This document shows, one piece after another, positions 24,979-39,247 of a stretch of 64,000 bases of DNA. The notes below the pieces were generated by a model. That model did no database searches. It was not told the DNA's origin and saw only the letters and a list, made by a program, of their open reading frames with translations. A program made the translations under genes and the position numbers. Position 1 is the first letter of the stretch, and every line of letters begins with the position of its first letter. Source of the stretch: the human T2T-CHM13v2.0 reference genome, Homo sapiens. Location: assembly GCF_009914755.1 (NCBI RefSeq), contig NC_060930.1; one strand, written 5' to 3'.

Positions 24979-27900
24979 GCCCACAGTAGAAAAGGAAATA
25001 ACTTCACCTAAAACCTAGACAGAAGCAATCTCAGAAACTACTTTGTGATGTGTACATTCAACTCACAGAGTGGAACTTTCCTCTTTATAGAGCAGTGTTG
25101 AAACACTCTTTTTGTAGAAACTGCAAGTGGATATTTGGACCTCTTTGAGGCCTTCGTTGGAAACGGGATTTCTTCCTATAACCCTAGACAGAAGAATTTT
25201 CAGAAACCTCATTGTGATGTGTGCGTTCATCTCACAGAGTGGAGTCTTCCGTTTGATAGAGAAGTTTTGAAACCCTGTTCTTGTAGGATTTCCAAGTGGA
25301 TATTTAGACCACTTTGAAGCCTATGATAGAAAAGGAAACATCTTCATGGAAAACATAGATAGAATCATCCTCAGAAACAACTTTGTGATGTGTGCGTTGA
25401 ACTCACCGTCTTTAACCTTTCTTTTGGTAGAGAAGTTTTGAAACACTCTCTTTGTAAAGTCTACAAGTGGATATTTTGAGCCCTTGGAGGCATTCTTTGG
25501 AAAAGGGAATGTCTTCACATAAAAGGCAGACGGAAGTGTTCTCAGAAACTGCTTTGTGATGTCTGTGTTCAACTCACAGAGTTTAACATTTCCTTTGATA
25601 GAGCGGTTTAGTAACCCTCTCTTTGTAGAATTTGGAAGTGTATACTAAGAGCGCTTTGAGGCCTATGGTAGAAAAGGAAATATCTTTCCATAAAAGCTAG
25701 ACAGAAGCAATCTCAGAAACTCCTCTGTGATGTCTGCATTCAACTCACCGAGTGGAACATTCCTCTTGATAGAGCAGTTTGGAAACACTCTTTCTGTAGA
25801 ATCAGCTTGTTTGTATTTGGACCTCCTTGAGGCCTTCGTTGGAAACGGGTTTTCATCTTATAAACCCAGACAGAAGAATTCTCAGAGTCTTCTTTGTGAT
25901 GTGTGCTTTCAACTCACCGAGATAAAGATTTCTCTTGATAGAGCAATTTGGAAACACTCTTTTTGTAGAATTTGCAAGGGTACATTGAGAGCGCTTTCAG
26001 GCCTATGGTAGAAAAGGGAATATCTTTCCATAAAAGGTAGACAGAAGCAATCTCAGAAACTACTTTGTGATGTGTGCATTCAACTCACCGAGTGCAACGT
26101 TCCTCTTGACCGAGCAGTTTGGAAACATTGTTTCTGTAGAATCTGCAAGTGGATATTTGGACCTCTTTGAGGCCTTCGTTGGAAACGGGATTTCTTCCTA
26201 TAAACCCAGACAGAAGAATTCTCAGAGACTTCTTTGTGATGTGTGAATTCAACTCACAGTGTGGATCCTTCCTTTTGATAGAGCAGTTTTGAAACCCTGT
26301 TTTTGTAGTATTTCCAAGCGGATATTTGGAACGCCTTGAAGCGTATGGTAGAAAAGGAAATATCTTCCCATAAAACCTAGACAGAACCAATCTCAGAAAC
26401 GACTTTGTGATGTCTGCATTCAAGTCACAGAGTTGAACATTTCTCTTGATAGAGCAGTTTTGAAACCCTCTTTCTGAAGGATCTGCAAGTGGATATTTGG
26501 AACTCCTTTGGGTCTTCGTTGGAAACGGGATTTCTTCGTATAAATCTAGACAGAAGAATTCTCCGAAACTTCTTTGGTTGTGTGCATTCAAGTCACAGAG
26601 TGGAACCTTCCTTTGGATAGAGCAGTTTGAAACGCCGTGGTTGTAGTATTTCCAAGCGGATATTAGAGCGCCTTGAGGCCTATGGTAGAAAAGGAAATAT
26701 CTTCCCATAAAACCTAGACGGAAGCAATCTCAGAAACTACTGTGTGATGGCTGCATTCCACACACACGGTGGAACATTTCTCTTGATAGAGCAGTTTTGA
26801 AACACTCTTTCTGTAGAATCTGCAAGTGGATAATTGGACCGCCTTGAGGCCTTCGTTGGAAACGGGATTTCTTCATGTTACTCTAGATAGAAGAATTCTC
26901 AAACACTGCTATGTGATGTTTGCATTCAAGTCACAGAGTGCAACATTCCTCTTGGTAGAGCAGTTGGGAAACACTCCTTTTGTAGAATCTGCAATGGGAT
27001 ATTTGGACTTCTTTGAGGCCTTCGTTGGAAACGGGATTTCTTCGTATGAATCTAGACAGAAGAATTCTCAGAAACTTCCTTGTGATGTGTACATTCAACT
27101 CAGCGAGTGGCACCTTCCTTTGGATACAGCAGTTTTGAAACACTGTTTTTGTAGTATTTCCAAGCGGATATTTAGAGCGCCTTGAAGCCTATGCTAGAAA
27201 TGGAAATATCTCCCCATAAAACCAAGACGGAAGCAATCTCAGAAACTAATGTGTGATGGCTGCATTCCACACACACGGTGGACCATTTCTCTTGATAGAG
27301 CAGTTTTGAAACACTCTTTCTGTAGAATCTGCAAGTGGATAATTGGACCTCCTAGAGGCCTTCGTTGGAAACGGGATTTCTTCATCTAAACCTACAGAGA
27401 AGAATTCTCAGTAACTTCTTCGGATGTGTGCATTCGACTCACAGAATGGAACATTCCCTTTGATAGAGCAGTTTTGAGACACCGTTTTTGTAGAATTCCC
27501 AAGTGGATATTTAGAGCACTTTGAAGTCTCTGCTAGAAAAGGAAACATCTTCATGTAAAAAGTAGATAGAATCGTTCTCAGAAAGTGCTTAGTGACGTGT
27601 GCGTTCAACTCACAGAGTTTAACGTTTCTTTTGATAGAGCGTTTCTGAAACACCCTTCTTGTAGTAGCTGCAAGTGGATATTTGGACCTATTGGAGGCCT
27701 TCTTTGGAAATGGGATTTCTTCATGTAACTCTAGATTGAAGAGTTCTCAGAAACTCCTTTGTGATGTGTGCATTCAATTCAAAGAGTGAAACCTCCCTTT
27801 TCACAGAGCAGTTTTGAAACACTGTTTTTGTAGGATTTCCAAGGGGATATTTATAGCGCATTGAGCCTACGGCGGAAAAAGAAACATCTTCCTATAAAAA

Positions 27901-28033
27901 CTAGACAGAATACTTCTCAGAATCTGCTTTGCGATGTGTGCGTTCAACTCACAGAGTAAAACTTCTTTTGATAGAGCAGTTTTGAAACACTCTTTTTGTA
28001 GTATTTGCATGTGTATATTTAGAGCGCATTGAA
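24979..28033 (+). repeat. HOR U10: 18-mer, 3,055 bp (TT deletion at ~27963)
   Basis: Spacing 25135->28190. Confidence 0.93.
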
Positions 28034-31000
28034 GCCCACAGTAGAAAAGGAAATAACTTCACCTAAAACCTAGACAGAAGCAATCACAGAAACTACTTTG
28101 TGATGTGTACATTCAACTCACAGAGTGGAACTTTCCTCTTTATAGAGCAGTGTTGAAACACTCTTTTTGTAGAAACTGCAAGTGGATATTTGGACCTCTT
28201 TGAGGCCTTCGTTGGAAACGGGATTTCTTCCTATAACCCTAGACAGAAGAATTTTCAGAAACCTCATTGTGATGTGTGCGTTCATCTCACAGAGTGGAGT
28301 CTTCCGTTTGATAGAGAAGTTTTGAAACCCTGTTCTTGTAGGATTTCCAAGTGGATATTTAGACCACTTTGAAGCCTATGATAGAAAAGGAAACATCTTC
28401 ATGGAAAACATAGATAGAATCATCCTCAGAAACAACTTTGTGATGTGTGCGTTGAACTCACCGTCTTTAACCTTTCTTTTGGTAGAGAAGTTTTGAAACA
28501 CTCTCTTTGTAAAGTCTACAAGTGGATATTTTGAGCCCTTGGAGGCATTCTTTGGAAAAGGGAATGTCTTCACATAAAAGGCAGACGGAAGTGTTCTCAG
28601 AAACTGCTTTGTGATGTCTGTGTTCAACTCACAGAGTTTAACATTTCCTTTGATAGAGCGGTTTAGTAACCCTCTCTTTGTAGAATTTGGAAGTGTATAC
28701 TAAGAGCGCTTTGAGGCCTATGGTAGAAAAGGAAATATCTTTCCATAAAAGCTAGACAGAAGCAATCTCAGAAACTCCTCTGTGATGTCTGCATTCAACT
28801 CACCGAGTGGAACATTCCTCTTGAGAGAGCAGTTTGGAAACACTCTTTCTGTAGAATCAGCTTGTTTGTATTTGGACCTCCTTGAGGCCTTCGTTGGAAA
28901 CGGGTTTTCATCTTATAAACCCAGACAGAAGAATTCTCAGAGTCTTCTTTGTGATGTGTGCTTTCAACTCACCGATATAAAGATTTCTCTTGATAGAGCA
29001 ATTTGGAAACACTCTTTTTGTAGAATTTGCAAGGGTACATTGAGAGCGCTTTCAGGCCTATGGTAGAAAAGGGAATATCTTTCCATAAAAGGTAGACAGA
29101 AGCAATCTCAGAAACTACTTTGTGATGTGTGCATTCAACTCACCGAGTGCAACGTTCCTCTTGACCGAGCAGTTTGGAAACATTGTTTCTGTAGAATCTG
29201 CAAGTGGATATTTGGACCTCTTTGAGGCCTTCGTTGGAAACGGGATTTCTTCCTATAAACCCAGACAGAAGAATTCTCAGAGACTTCTTTGTGATGTGTG
29301 AATTCAACTCACAGTGTGGATCCTTCCTTTTGATAGAGCAGTTTTGAAACCCTGTTTTTGTAGTATTTCCAAGCGGATATTTGGAACGCCTTGAAGCGTA
29401 TGGTAGAAAAGGAAATATCTTCCCATAAAACCTAGACAGAACCAATCTCAGAAACGACTTTGTGATGTCTGCATTCAAGTCACAGAGTTGAACATTTCTC
29501 TTGATAGAGCAGTTTTGAAACCCTCTTTCTGAAGGATCTGCAAGTGGATATTTGGAACTCCTTTGGGTCTTCGTTGGAAACGGGATTTCTTCGTATAAAT
29601 CTAGACAGAAGAATTCTCCGAAACTTCTTTGGTTGTGTGCATTCAAGTCACAGAGTGGAACCTTCCTTTGGATAGAGCAGTTTGAAACGCCGTGGTTGTA
29701 GTATTTCCAAGCGGATATTAGAGCGCCTTGAGGCCTATGGTAGAAAAGGAAATATCTTCCCATAAAACCTAGACGGAAGCAATCTCAGAAACTACTGTGT
29801 GATGGCTGCATTCCACACACACGGTGGAACATTTCTCTTGATAGAGCAGTTTTGAAACACTCTTTCTGTAGAATCTGCAAGTGGATAATTGGACCGCCTT
29901 GAGGCCTTCGTTGGAAACGGGATTTCTTCATGTTACTCTAGATAGAAGAATTCTCAAACACTGCTATGTGATGTTTGCATTCAAGTCACAGAGTGCAACA
30001 TTCCTCTTGGTAGAGCAGTTGGGAAACACTCCTTTTGTAGAATCTGCAATGGGATATTTGGACTTCTTTGAGGCCTTCGTTGGAAACGGGATTTCTTCGT
30101 ATGAATCTAGACAGAAGAATTCTCAGAAACTTCCTTGTGATGTGTGCATTCAACTCAGCGAGTGGCACCTTCCTTTGGATACAGCAGTTTTGAAACACTG
30201 TTTTTGTAGTATTTCCAAGCGGATATTTAGAGCGCCTTGAAGCCTATGCTAGAAATGGAAATATCTCCCCATAAAACCAAGACGGAAGCAATCTCAGAAA
30301 CTAATGTGTGATGGCTGCATTCCACACACACGGTGGACCATTTCTCTTGATAGAGCAGTTTTGAAACACTCTTTCTGTAGAATCTGCAAGTGGATAATTG
30401 GACCTCCTAGAGGCCTTCGTTGGAAACGGGATTTCTTCATCTAAACCTACAGAGAAGAATTCTCAGTAACTTCTTCGGATGTGTGCATTCGACTCACAGA
30501 ATGGAACATTCCCTTTGATAGAGCAGTTTTGAGACACCGTTTTTGTAGAATTCCCAAGTGGATATTTAGAGCACTTTGAAGTCTCTGCTAGAAAAGGAAA
30601 CATCTTCATGTAAAAAGTAGATAGAATCGTTCTCAGAAAGTGCTTAGTGACGTGTGCGTTCAACTCACAGAGTTTAACGTTTCTTTTGATAGAGCGTTTC
30701 TGAAACACCCTTCTTGTAGTAGCTGCAAGTGGATATTTGGACCTATTGGAGGCCTTCTTTGGAAATGGGATTTCTTCATGTAACTCTAGATTGAAGAGTT
30801 CTCAGAAACTCCTTTGTGATGTGTGCATTCAATTCAAAGAGTGAAACCTCCCTTTTCACAGAGCAGTTTTGAAACACTGTTTTTGTAGGATTTCCAAGGG
30901 GATATTTATAGCGCATTGAGCCTACGGCGGAAAAAGAAACATCTTCCTATAAAAACTAGACAGAATACTTCTCAGAATCTGCTTTGCGATGTGTGCGTTC

Positions 31001-31088
31001 AACTCACAGAGTAAAACTTCTTTTGATAGAGCAGTTTTGAAACACTCTTTTTGTAGTATTTGCATGTGTATATTTAGAGCGCATTGAA
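28034..31088 (+). repeat. HOR U11: 18-mer, 3,055 bp (TT deletion at ~31018)
   Basis: Spacing 28190->31245. Confidence 0.93.
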
Positions 31089-34000
31089 GCCCACAGTAGA
31101 AAAGGAAATAACTTCACCTAAAACCTAGACAGAAGCAATCACAGAAACTACTTTGTGATGTGTACATTCAACTCACAGAGTGGAACTTTCCTCTTTATAG
31201 AGCAGTGTTGAAACACTCTTTTTGTAGAAACTGCAAGTGGATATTTGGACCTCTTTGAGGCCTTCGTTGGAAACGGGATTTCTTCCTATAACCCTAGACA
31301 GAAGAATTTTCAGAAACCTCATTGTGATGTGTGCGTTCATCTCACAGAGTGGAGTCTTCCGTTTGATAGAGAAGTTTTGAAACCCTGTTCTTGTAGGATT
31401 TCCAAGTGGATATTTAGACCACTTTGAAGCCTATGATAGAAAAGGAAACATCTTCATGGAAAACATAGATAGAATCATCCTCAGAAACAACTTTGTGATG
31501 TGTGCGTTGAACTCACCGTCTTTAACCTTTCTTTTGGTAGAGAAGTTTTGAAACACTCTCTTTGTAAAGTCTACAAGTGGATATTTTGAGCCCTTGGAGG
31601 CATTCTTTGGAAAAGGGAATGTCTTCACATAAAAGGCAGACGGAAGTGTTCTCAGAAACTGCTTTGTGATGTCTGTGTTCAACTCACAGAGTTTAACATT
31701 TCCTTTGATAGAGCGGTTTAGTAACCCTCTCTTTGTAGAATTTGGAAGTGTATACTAAGAGCGCTTTGAGGCCTATGGTAGAAAAGGAAATATCTTTCCA
31801 TAAAAGCTAGACAGAAGCAATCTCAGAAACTCCTCTGTGATGTCTGCATTCAACTCACCGAGTGGAACATTCCTCTTGAGAGAGCAGTTTGGAAACACTC
31901 TTTCTGTAGAATCAGCTTGTTTGTATTTGGACCTCCTTGAGGCCTTCGTTGGAAACGGGTTTTCATCTTATAAACCCAGACAGAAGAATTCTCAGAGTCT
32001 TCTTTGTGATGTGTGCTTTCAACTCACCGATATAAAGATTTCTCTTGATAGAGCAATTTGGAAACACTCTTTTTGTAGAATTTGCAAGGGTACATTGAGA
32101 GCGCTTTCAGGCCTATGGTAGAAAAGGGAATATCTTTCCATAAAAGGTAGACAGAAGCAATCTCAGAAACTACTTTGTGATGTGTGCATTCAACTCACCG
32201 AGTGCAACGTTCCTCTTGACCGAGCAGTTTGGAAACATTGTTTCTGTAGAATCTGCAAGTGGATATTTGGACCTCTTTGAGGCCTTCGTTGGAAACGGGA
32301 TTTCTTCCTATAAACCCAGACAGAAGAATTCTCAGAGACTTCTTTGTGATGTGTGAATTCAACTCACAGTGTGGATCCTTCCTTTTGATAGAGCAGTTTT
32401 GAAACCCTGTTTTTGTAGTATTTCCAAGCGGATATTTGGAACGCCTTGAAGCGTATGGTAGAAAAGGAAATATCTTCCCATAAAACCTAGACAGAACCAA
32501 TCTCAGAAACGACTTTGTGATGTCTGCATTCAAGTCACAGAGTTGAACATTTCTCTTGATAGAGCAGTTTTGAAACCCTCTTTCTGAAGGATCTGCAAGT
32601 GGATATTTGGAACTCCTTTGGGTCTTCGTTGGAAACGGGATTTCTTCGTATAAATCTAGACAGAAGAATTCTCCGAAACTTCTTTGGTTGTGTGCATTCA
32701 AGTCACAGAGTGGAACCTTCCTTTGGATAGAGCAGTTTGAAACGCCGTGGTTGTAGTATTTCCAAGCGGATATTAGAGCGCCTTGAGGCCTATGGTAGAA
32801 AAGGAAATATCTTCCCATAAAACCTAGACGGAAGCAATCTCAGAAACTACTGTGTGATGGCTGCATTCCACACACACGGTGGAACATTTCTCTTGATAGA
32901 GCAGTTTTGAAACACTCTTTCTGTAGAATCTGCAAGTGGATAATTGGACCGCCTTGAGGCCTTCGTTGGAAACGGGATTTCTTCATGTTACTCTAGATAG
33001 AAGAATTCTCAAACACTGCTATGTGATGTTTGCATTCAAGTCACAGAGTGCAACATTCCTCTTGGTAGAACAGTTGGGAAACACTCCTTTTGTAGAATCT
33101 GCAATGGGATATTTGGACTTCTTTGAGGCCTTCGTTGGAAACGGGATTTCTTCGTATGAATCTAGACAGAAGAATTCTCAGAAACTTCCTTGTGATGTGT
33201 GCATTCAACTCAGCGAGTGGCACCTTCCTTTGGATACAGCAGTTTTGAAACACTGTTTTTGTAGTATTTCCAAGCGGATATTTAGAGCGCCTTGAAGCCT
33301 ATGCTAGAAATGGAAATATCTCCCCATAAAACCAAGACGGAAGCAATCTCAGAAACTAATGTGTGATGGCTGCATTCCACACACACGGTGGACCATTTCT
33401 CTTGATAGAGCAGTTTTGAAACACTCTTTCTGTAGAATCTGCAAGTGGATAATTGGACCTCCTAGAGGCCTTCGTTGGAAACGGGATTTCTTCATCTAAA
33501 CCTACAGAGAAGAATTCTCAGTAACTTCTTCGGATGTGTGCATTCGACTCACAGAATGGAACATTCCCTTTGATAGAGCAGTTTTGAGACACCGTTTTTG
33601 TAGAATTCCCAAGTGGATATTTAGAGCACTTTGAAGTCTCTGCTAGAAAAGGAAACATCTTCATGTAAAAAGTAGATAGAATCGTTCTCAGAAAGTGCTT
33701 AGTGACGTGTGCGTTCAACTCACAGAGTTTAACGTTTCTTTTGATAGAGCGTTTCTGAAACACCCTTCTTGTAGTAGCTGCAAGTGGATATTTGGACCTA
33801 TTGGAGGCCTTCTTTGGAAATGGGATTTCTTCATGTAACTCTAGATTGAAGAGTTCTCAGAAACTCCTTTGTGATGTGTGCATTCAATTCAAAGAGTGAA
33901 ACCTCCCTTTTCACAGAGCAGTTTTGAAACACTGTTTTTGTAGGATTTCCAAGGGGATATTTATAGCGCATTGAGCCTACGGCGGAAAAAGAAACATCTT

Positions 34001-34145
34001 CCTATAAAAACTAGACAGAATACTTCTCAGAATCTGCTTTGCGATGTGTGCGTTCAACTCACAGAGTAAAACTTTTCTTTTGATAGAGCAGTTTTGAAAC
34101 ACTCTTTTTGTAGTATTTGCATGTGTATATTTAGAGCGCATTGAA
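31089..34145 (+). repeat. HOR U12: 18-mer, 3,057 bp
   Basis: Spacing 31245->34302; G>A at 33070. Confidence 0.93.
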
Positions 34146-36696
34146 GCCCACAGTAGAAAAGGAAATAACTTCACCTAAAACCTAGACAGAAGCAATCACA
34201 GAAACTACTTTGTGATGTGTACATTCAACTCACAGAGTGGAACTTTCCTCTTTATAGAGCAGTGTTGAAACACTCTTTTTGTAGAAACTGCAAGTGGATA
34301 TTTGGACCTCTTTGAGGCCTTCGTTGGAAACGGGATTTCTTCCTATAACCCTAGACAGAAGAATTTTCAGAAACCTCATTGTGATGTGTGCGTTCATCTC
34401 ACAGAGTGGAGTCTTCCGTTTGATAGAGAAGTTTTGAAACCCTGTTCTTGTAGGATTTCCAAGTGGATATTTAGACCACTTTGAAGCCTATGATAGAAAA
34501 GGAAACATCTTCATGGAAAACATAGATAGAATCATCCTCAGAAACAACTTTGTGATGTGTGCGTTGAACTCACCGTCTTTAACCTTTCTTTTGGTAGAGA
34601 AGTTTTGAAACACTCTCTTTGTAAAGTCTACAAGTGGATATTTTGAGCCCTTGGAGGCATTCTTTGGAAAAGGGAATGTCTTCACATAAAAGGCAGACGG
34701 AAGTGTTCTCAGAAACTGCTTTGTGATGTCTGTGTTCAACTCACAGAGTTTAACATTTCCTTTGATAGAGCGGTTTAGTAACCCTCTCTTTGTAGAATTT
34801 GGAAGTGTATACTAAGAGCGCTTTGAGGCCTATGGTAGAAAAGGAAATATCTTTCCATAAAAGCTAGACAGAAGCAATCTCAGAAACTCCTCTGTGATGT
34901 CTGCATTCAACTCACCGAGTGGAACATTCCTCTTGAGAGAGCAGTTTGGAAACACTCTTTCTGTAGAATCAGCTTGTTTGTATTTGGACCTCCTTGAGGC
35001 CTTCGTTGGAAACGGGTTTTCATCTTATAAACCCAGACAGAAGAATTCTCAGAGTCTTCTTTGTGATGTGTGCTTTCAACTCACCGAGATAAAGATTTCT
35101 CTTGATAGAGCAATTTGGAAACACTCTTTTTGTAGAATTTGCAAGGGTACATTGAGAGCGTTTTCAGGACTATGGTAGAAAAGGGAATATCTTTCCATAA
35201 AAGGTAGACAGAAGCAATCTCAGAAACTACTTTGTGATGTGTGCATTCAACTCACCGAGTGCAACGTTCCTCTTGACCGAGCAGTTTGGAAACATTGTTT
35301 CTGTAGAATCTGCAAGTGGATATTTGGACCTCTTTGAGGCCTTCGTTGGAAACGGGATTTCTTCCTATAAACCCAGACAGAAGAATTCTCAGAGACTTCT
35401 TTGTGATGTGTGAATTCAACTCACAGTGTGGATCCTTCCTTTTGATAGAGCAGTTTTGAAACCCTGTTTTTGTAGTATTTCCAAGCGGATATTTGGAACG
35501 CCTTGAAGCGTATGGTAGAAAAGGAAATATCTTCCCATAAAACCTAGACAGAACCAATCTCAGAAACGACTTTGTGATGTCTGCATTCAAGTCACAGAGT
35601 TGAACATTTCTCTTGATAGAGCAGTTTTGAAACCCTCTTTCTGAAGGATCTGCAAGTGGATATTTGGAACTCCTTTGGGTCTTCGTTGGAAACGGGATTT
35701 CTTCGTATAAATCTAGACAGAAGAATTCTCAGAAACTTCCTTGTGATGTGTGCATTCAACTCAGCGAGTGGCACCTTCCTTTGGATACAGCAGTTTTGAA
35801 ACACTGTTTTTGTAGTATTTCCAAGCGGATATTTAGAGCGCCTTGAAGCCTATGCTAGAAATGGAAATATCTCCCCATAAAACCAAGACGGAAGCAATCT
35901 CAGAAACTAATGTGTGATGGCTGCATTCCACACACACGGTGGACCATTTCTCTTGATAGAGCAGTTTTGAAACACTCTTTCTGTAGAATCTGCAAGTGGA
36001 TAATTGGACCTCCTAGAGGCCTTCGTTGGAAACGGGATTTCTTCATCTAAACCTACAGAGAAGTATTCTCAGTAACTTCTTCGGATGTGTGCATTCGACG
36101 CACAGAATGGAACATTCCCTTTGATAGAGCAGTTTTGAGACACCGTTTTTGTAGAATTCCCAAGTGGATATTTAGAGCACTTTGAAGTCTCTGCTAGAAA
36201 AGGAAACATCTTCATGTAAAAAGTAGATAGAATCGTTCTCAGAAAGTGCTTAGTGTCGTGTGCGTTCAACTCACAGAGTTTAACGTTTCTTTTGATAGAG
36301 CGTTTCTGAAACACCCTTCTTGTAGTAGCTGCAAGTGGATATTTGGACCTATTGGAGGCCTTCTTTGGAAATGGGATTTCTTCATGTAACTCTAGATTGA
36401 AGAATTCTCAGAAACTCCTTTGTGATGTGTGCATTCAATTCAAAGAGTGAAACCTCTCTTTTCACAGAGCAGTTTTGAAACACTGTTTTTGTAGGATTTC
36501 CAAGGGGATATTTATAGCGCATTGAGCCTACGGCGGAAAAAGAAACATCTTCCTATAAAAACTAGACAGAATACTTCTCAGAATCTGCTTTGCGATGTGT
36601 GCGTTCAACTCACAGAGTAAAACTTTTCTTTTGATAGAGCAGTTTTGAAACACTCTTTTTGTAGTATTTGCATGTGTATATTTAGAGCGCATTGAA
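34146..36696 (+). repeat. HOR U13: 15-mer, 2,551 bp
   Basis: Spacing 34302->36853. Confidence 0.93.
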
Positions 36697-39247
36697 GCCC
36701 ACAGTAGAAAAGGAAATAACTTCACCTAAAACCTAGACAGAAGCAATCACAGAAACTACTTTGTGATGTGTACATTCAACTCACAGAGTGGAACTTTCCT
36801 CTTTATAGAGCAGTGTTGAAACACTCTTTTTGTAGAAACTGCAAGTGGATATTTGGACCTCTTTGAGGCCTTCGTTGGAAACGGGATTTCTTCCTATAAC
36901 CCTAGACAGAAGAATTTTCAGAAACCTCATTGTGATGTGTGCGTTCATCTCACAGAGTGGAGTCTTCCGTTTGATAGAGAAGTTTTGAAACCCTGTTCTT
37001 GTAGGATTTCCAAGTGGATATTTAGACCACTTTGAAGCCTATGATAGAAAAGGAAACATCTTCATGGAAAACATAGATAGAATCATCCTCAGAAACAACT
37101 TTGTGATGTGTGCGTTGAACTCACCGTCTTTAACCTTTCTTTTGGTAGAGAAGTTTTGAAACACTCTCTTTGTAAAGTCTACAAGTGGATATTTTGAGCC
37201 CTTGGAGGCATTCTTTGGAAAAGGGAATGTCTTCACATAAAAGGCAGACGGAAGTGTTCTCAGAAACTGCTTTGTGATGTCTGTGTTCAACTCACAGAGT
37301 TTAACATTTCCTTTGATAGAGCGGTTTAGTAACCCTCTCTTTGTAGAATTTGGAAGTGTATACTAAGAGCGCTTTGAGGCCTATGGTAGAAAAGGAAATA
37401 TCTTTCCATAAAAGCTAGACAGAAGCAATCTCAGAAACTCCTCTGTGATGTCTGCATTCAACTCACCGAGTGGAACATTCCTCTTGAGAGAGCAGTTTGG
37501 AAACACTCTTTCTGTAGAATCAGCTTGTTTGTATTTGGACCTCCTTGAGGCCTTCGTTGGAAACGGGTTTTCATCTTATAAACCCAGACAGAAGAATTCT
37601 CAGAGTCTTCTTTGTGATGTGTGCTTTCAACTCACCGAGATAAAGATTTCTCTTGATAGAGCAATTTGGAAACACTCTTTTTGTAGAATTTGCAAGGGTA
37701 CATTGAGAGCGCTTTCAGGCCTATGGTAGAAAAGGGAATATCTTTCCATAAAAGGTAGACAGAAGCAATCTCAGAAACTACTTTGTGATGTGTGCATTCA
37801 ACTCACCGAGTGCAACGTTCCTCTTGACCGAGCAGTTTGGAAACATTGTTTCTGTAGAATCTGCAAGTGGATATTTGGACCTCTTTGAGGCCTTCGTTGG
37901 AAACGGGATTTCTTCCTATAAACCCAGACAGAAGAATTCTCAGAGACTTCTTTGTGATGTGTGAATTCAACTCACAGTGTGGATCCTTCCTTTTGATAGA
38001 GCAGTTTTGAAACCCTGTTTTTGTAGTATTTCCAAGCGGATATTTGGAACGCCTTGAAGCGTATGGTAGAAAAGGAAATATCTTCCCATAAAACCTAGAC
38101 AGAACCAATCTCAGAAACGACTTTGTGATGTCTGCATTCAAGTCACAGAGTTGAACATTTCTCTTGATAGAGCAGTTTTGAAACCCTCTTTCTGAAGGAT
38201 CTGCAAGTGGATATTTGGAACTCCTTTGGGTCTTCGTTGGAAACGGGATTTCTTCGTATAAATCTAGACAGAAGAATTCTCAGAAACTTCCTTGTGATGT
38301 GTGCATTCAACTCAGCGAGTGGCACCTTCCTTTGGATACAGCAGTTTTGAAACACTGTTTTTGTAGTATTTCCAAGCGGATATTTAGAGCGCCTTGAAGC
38401 CTATGCTAGAAATGGAAATATCTCCCCATAAAACCAAGACGGAAGCAATCTCAGAAACTAATGTGTGATGGCTGCATTCCACACACACGGTGGACCATTT
38501 CTCTTGATAGAGCAGTTTTGAAACACTCTTTCTGTAGAATCTGCAAGTGGATAATTGGACCTCCTAGAGGCCTTCGTTGGAAACGGGATTTCTTCATCTA
38601 AACCTACAGAGAAGTATTCTCAGTAACTTCTTCGGATGTGTGCATTCGACGCACAGAATGGAACATTCCCTTTGATAGAGCAGTTTTGAGACACCGTTTT
38701 TGTAGAATTCCCAAGTGGATATTTAGAGCACTTTGAAGTCTCTGCTAGAAAAGGAAACATCTTCATGTAAAAAGTAGATAGAATCGTTCTCAGAAAGTGC
38801 TTAGTGTCGTGTGCGTTCAACTCACAGAGTTTAACGTTTCTTTTGATAGAGCGTTTCTGAAACACCCTTCTTGTAGTAGCTGCAAGTGGATATTTGGACC
38901 TATTGGAGGCCTTCTTTGGAAATGGGATTTCTTCATGTAACTCTAGATTGAAGAATTCTCAGAAACTCCTTTGTGATGTGTGCATTCAATTCAAAGAGTG
39001 AAACCTCTCTTTTCACAGAGCAGTTTTGAAACACTGTTTTTGTAGGATTTCCAAGGGGATATTTATAGCGCATTGAGCCTACGGCGGAAAAAGAAACATC
39101 TTCCTATAAAAACTAGACAGAATACTTCTCAGAATCTGCTTTGCGATGTGTGCGTTCAACTCACAGAGTAAAACTTTTCTTTTGATAGAGCAGTTTTGAA
39201 ACACTCTTTTTGTAGTATTTGCATGTGTATATTTAGAGCGCATTGAA
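36697..39247 (+). repeat. HOR U14: 15-mer, 2,551 bp
   Basis: Spacing 36853->39404. Confidence 0.93.
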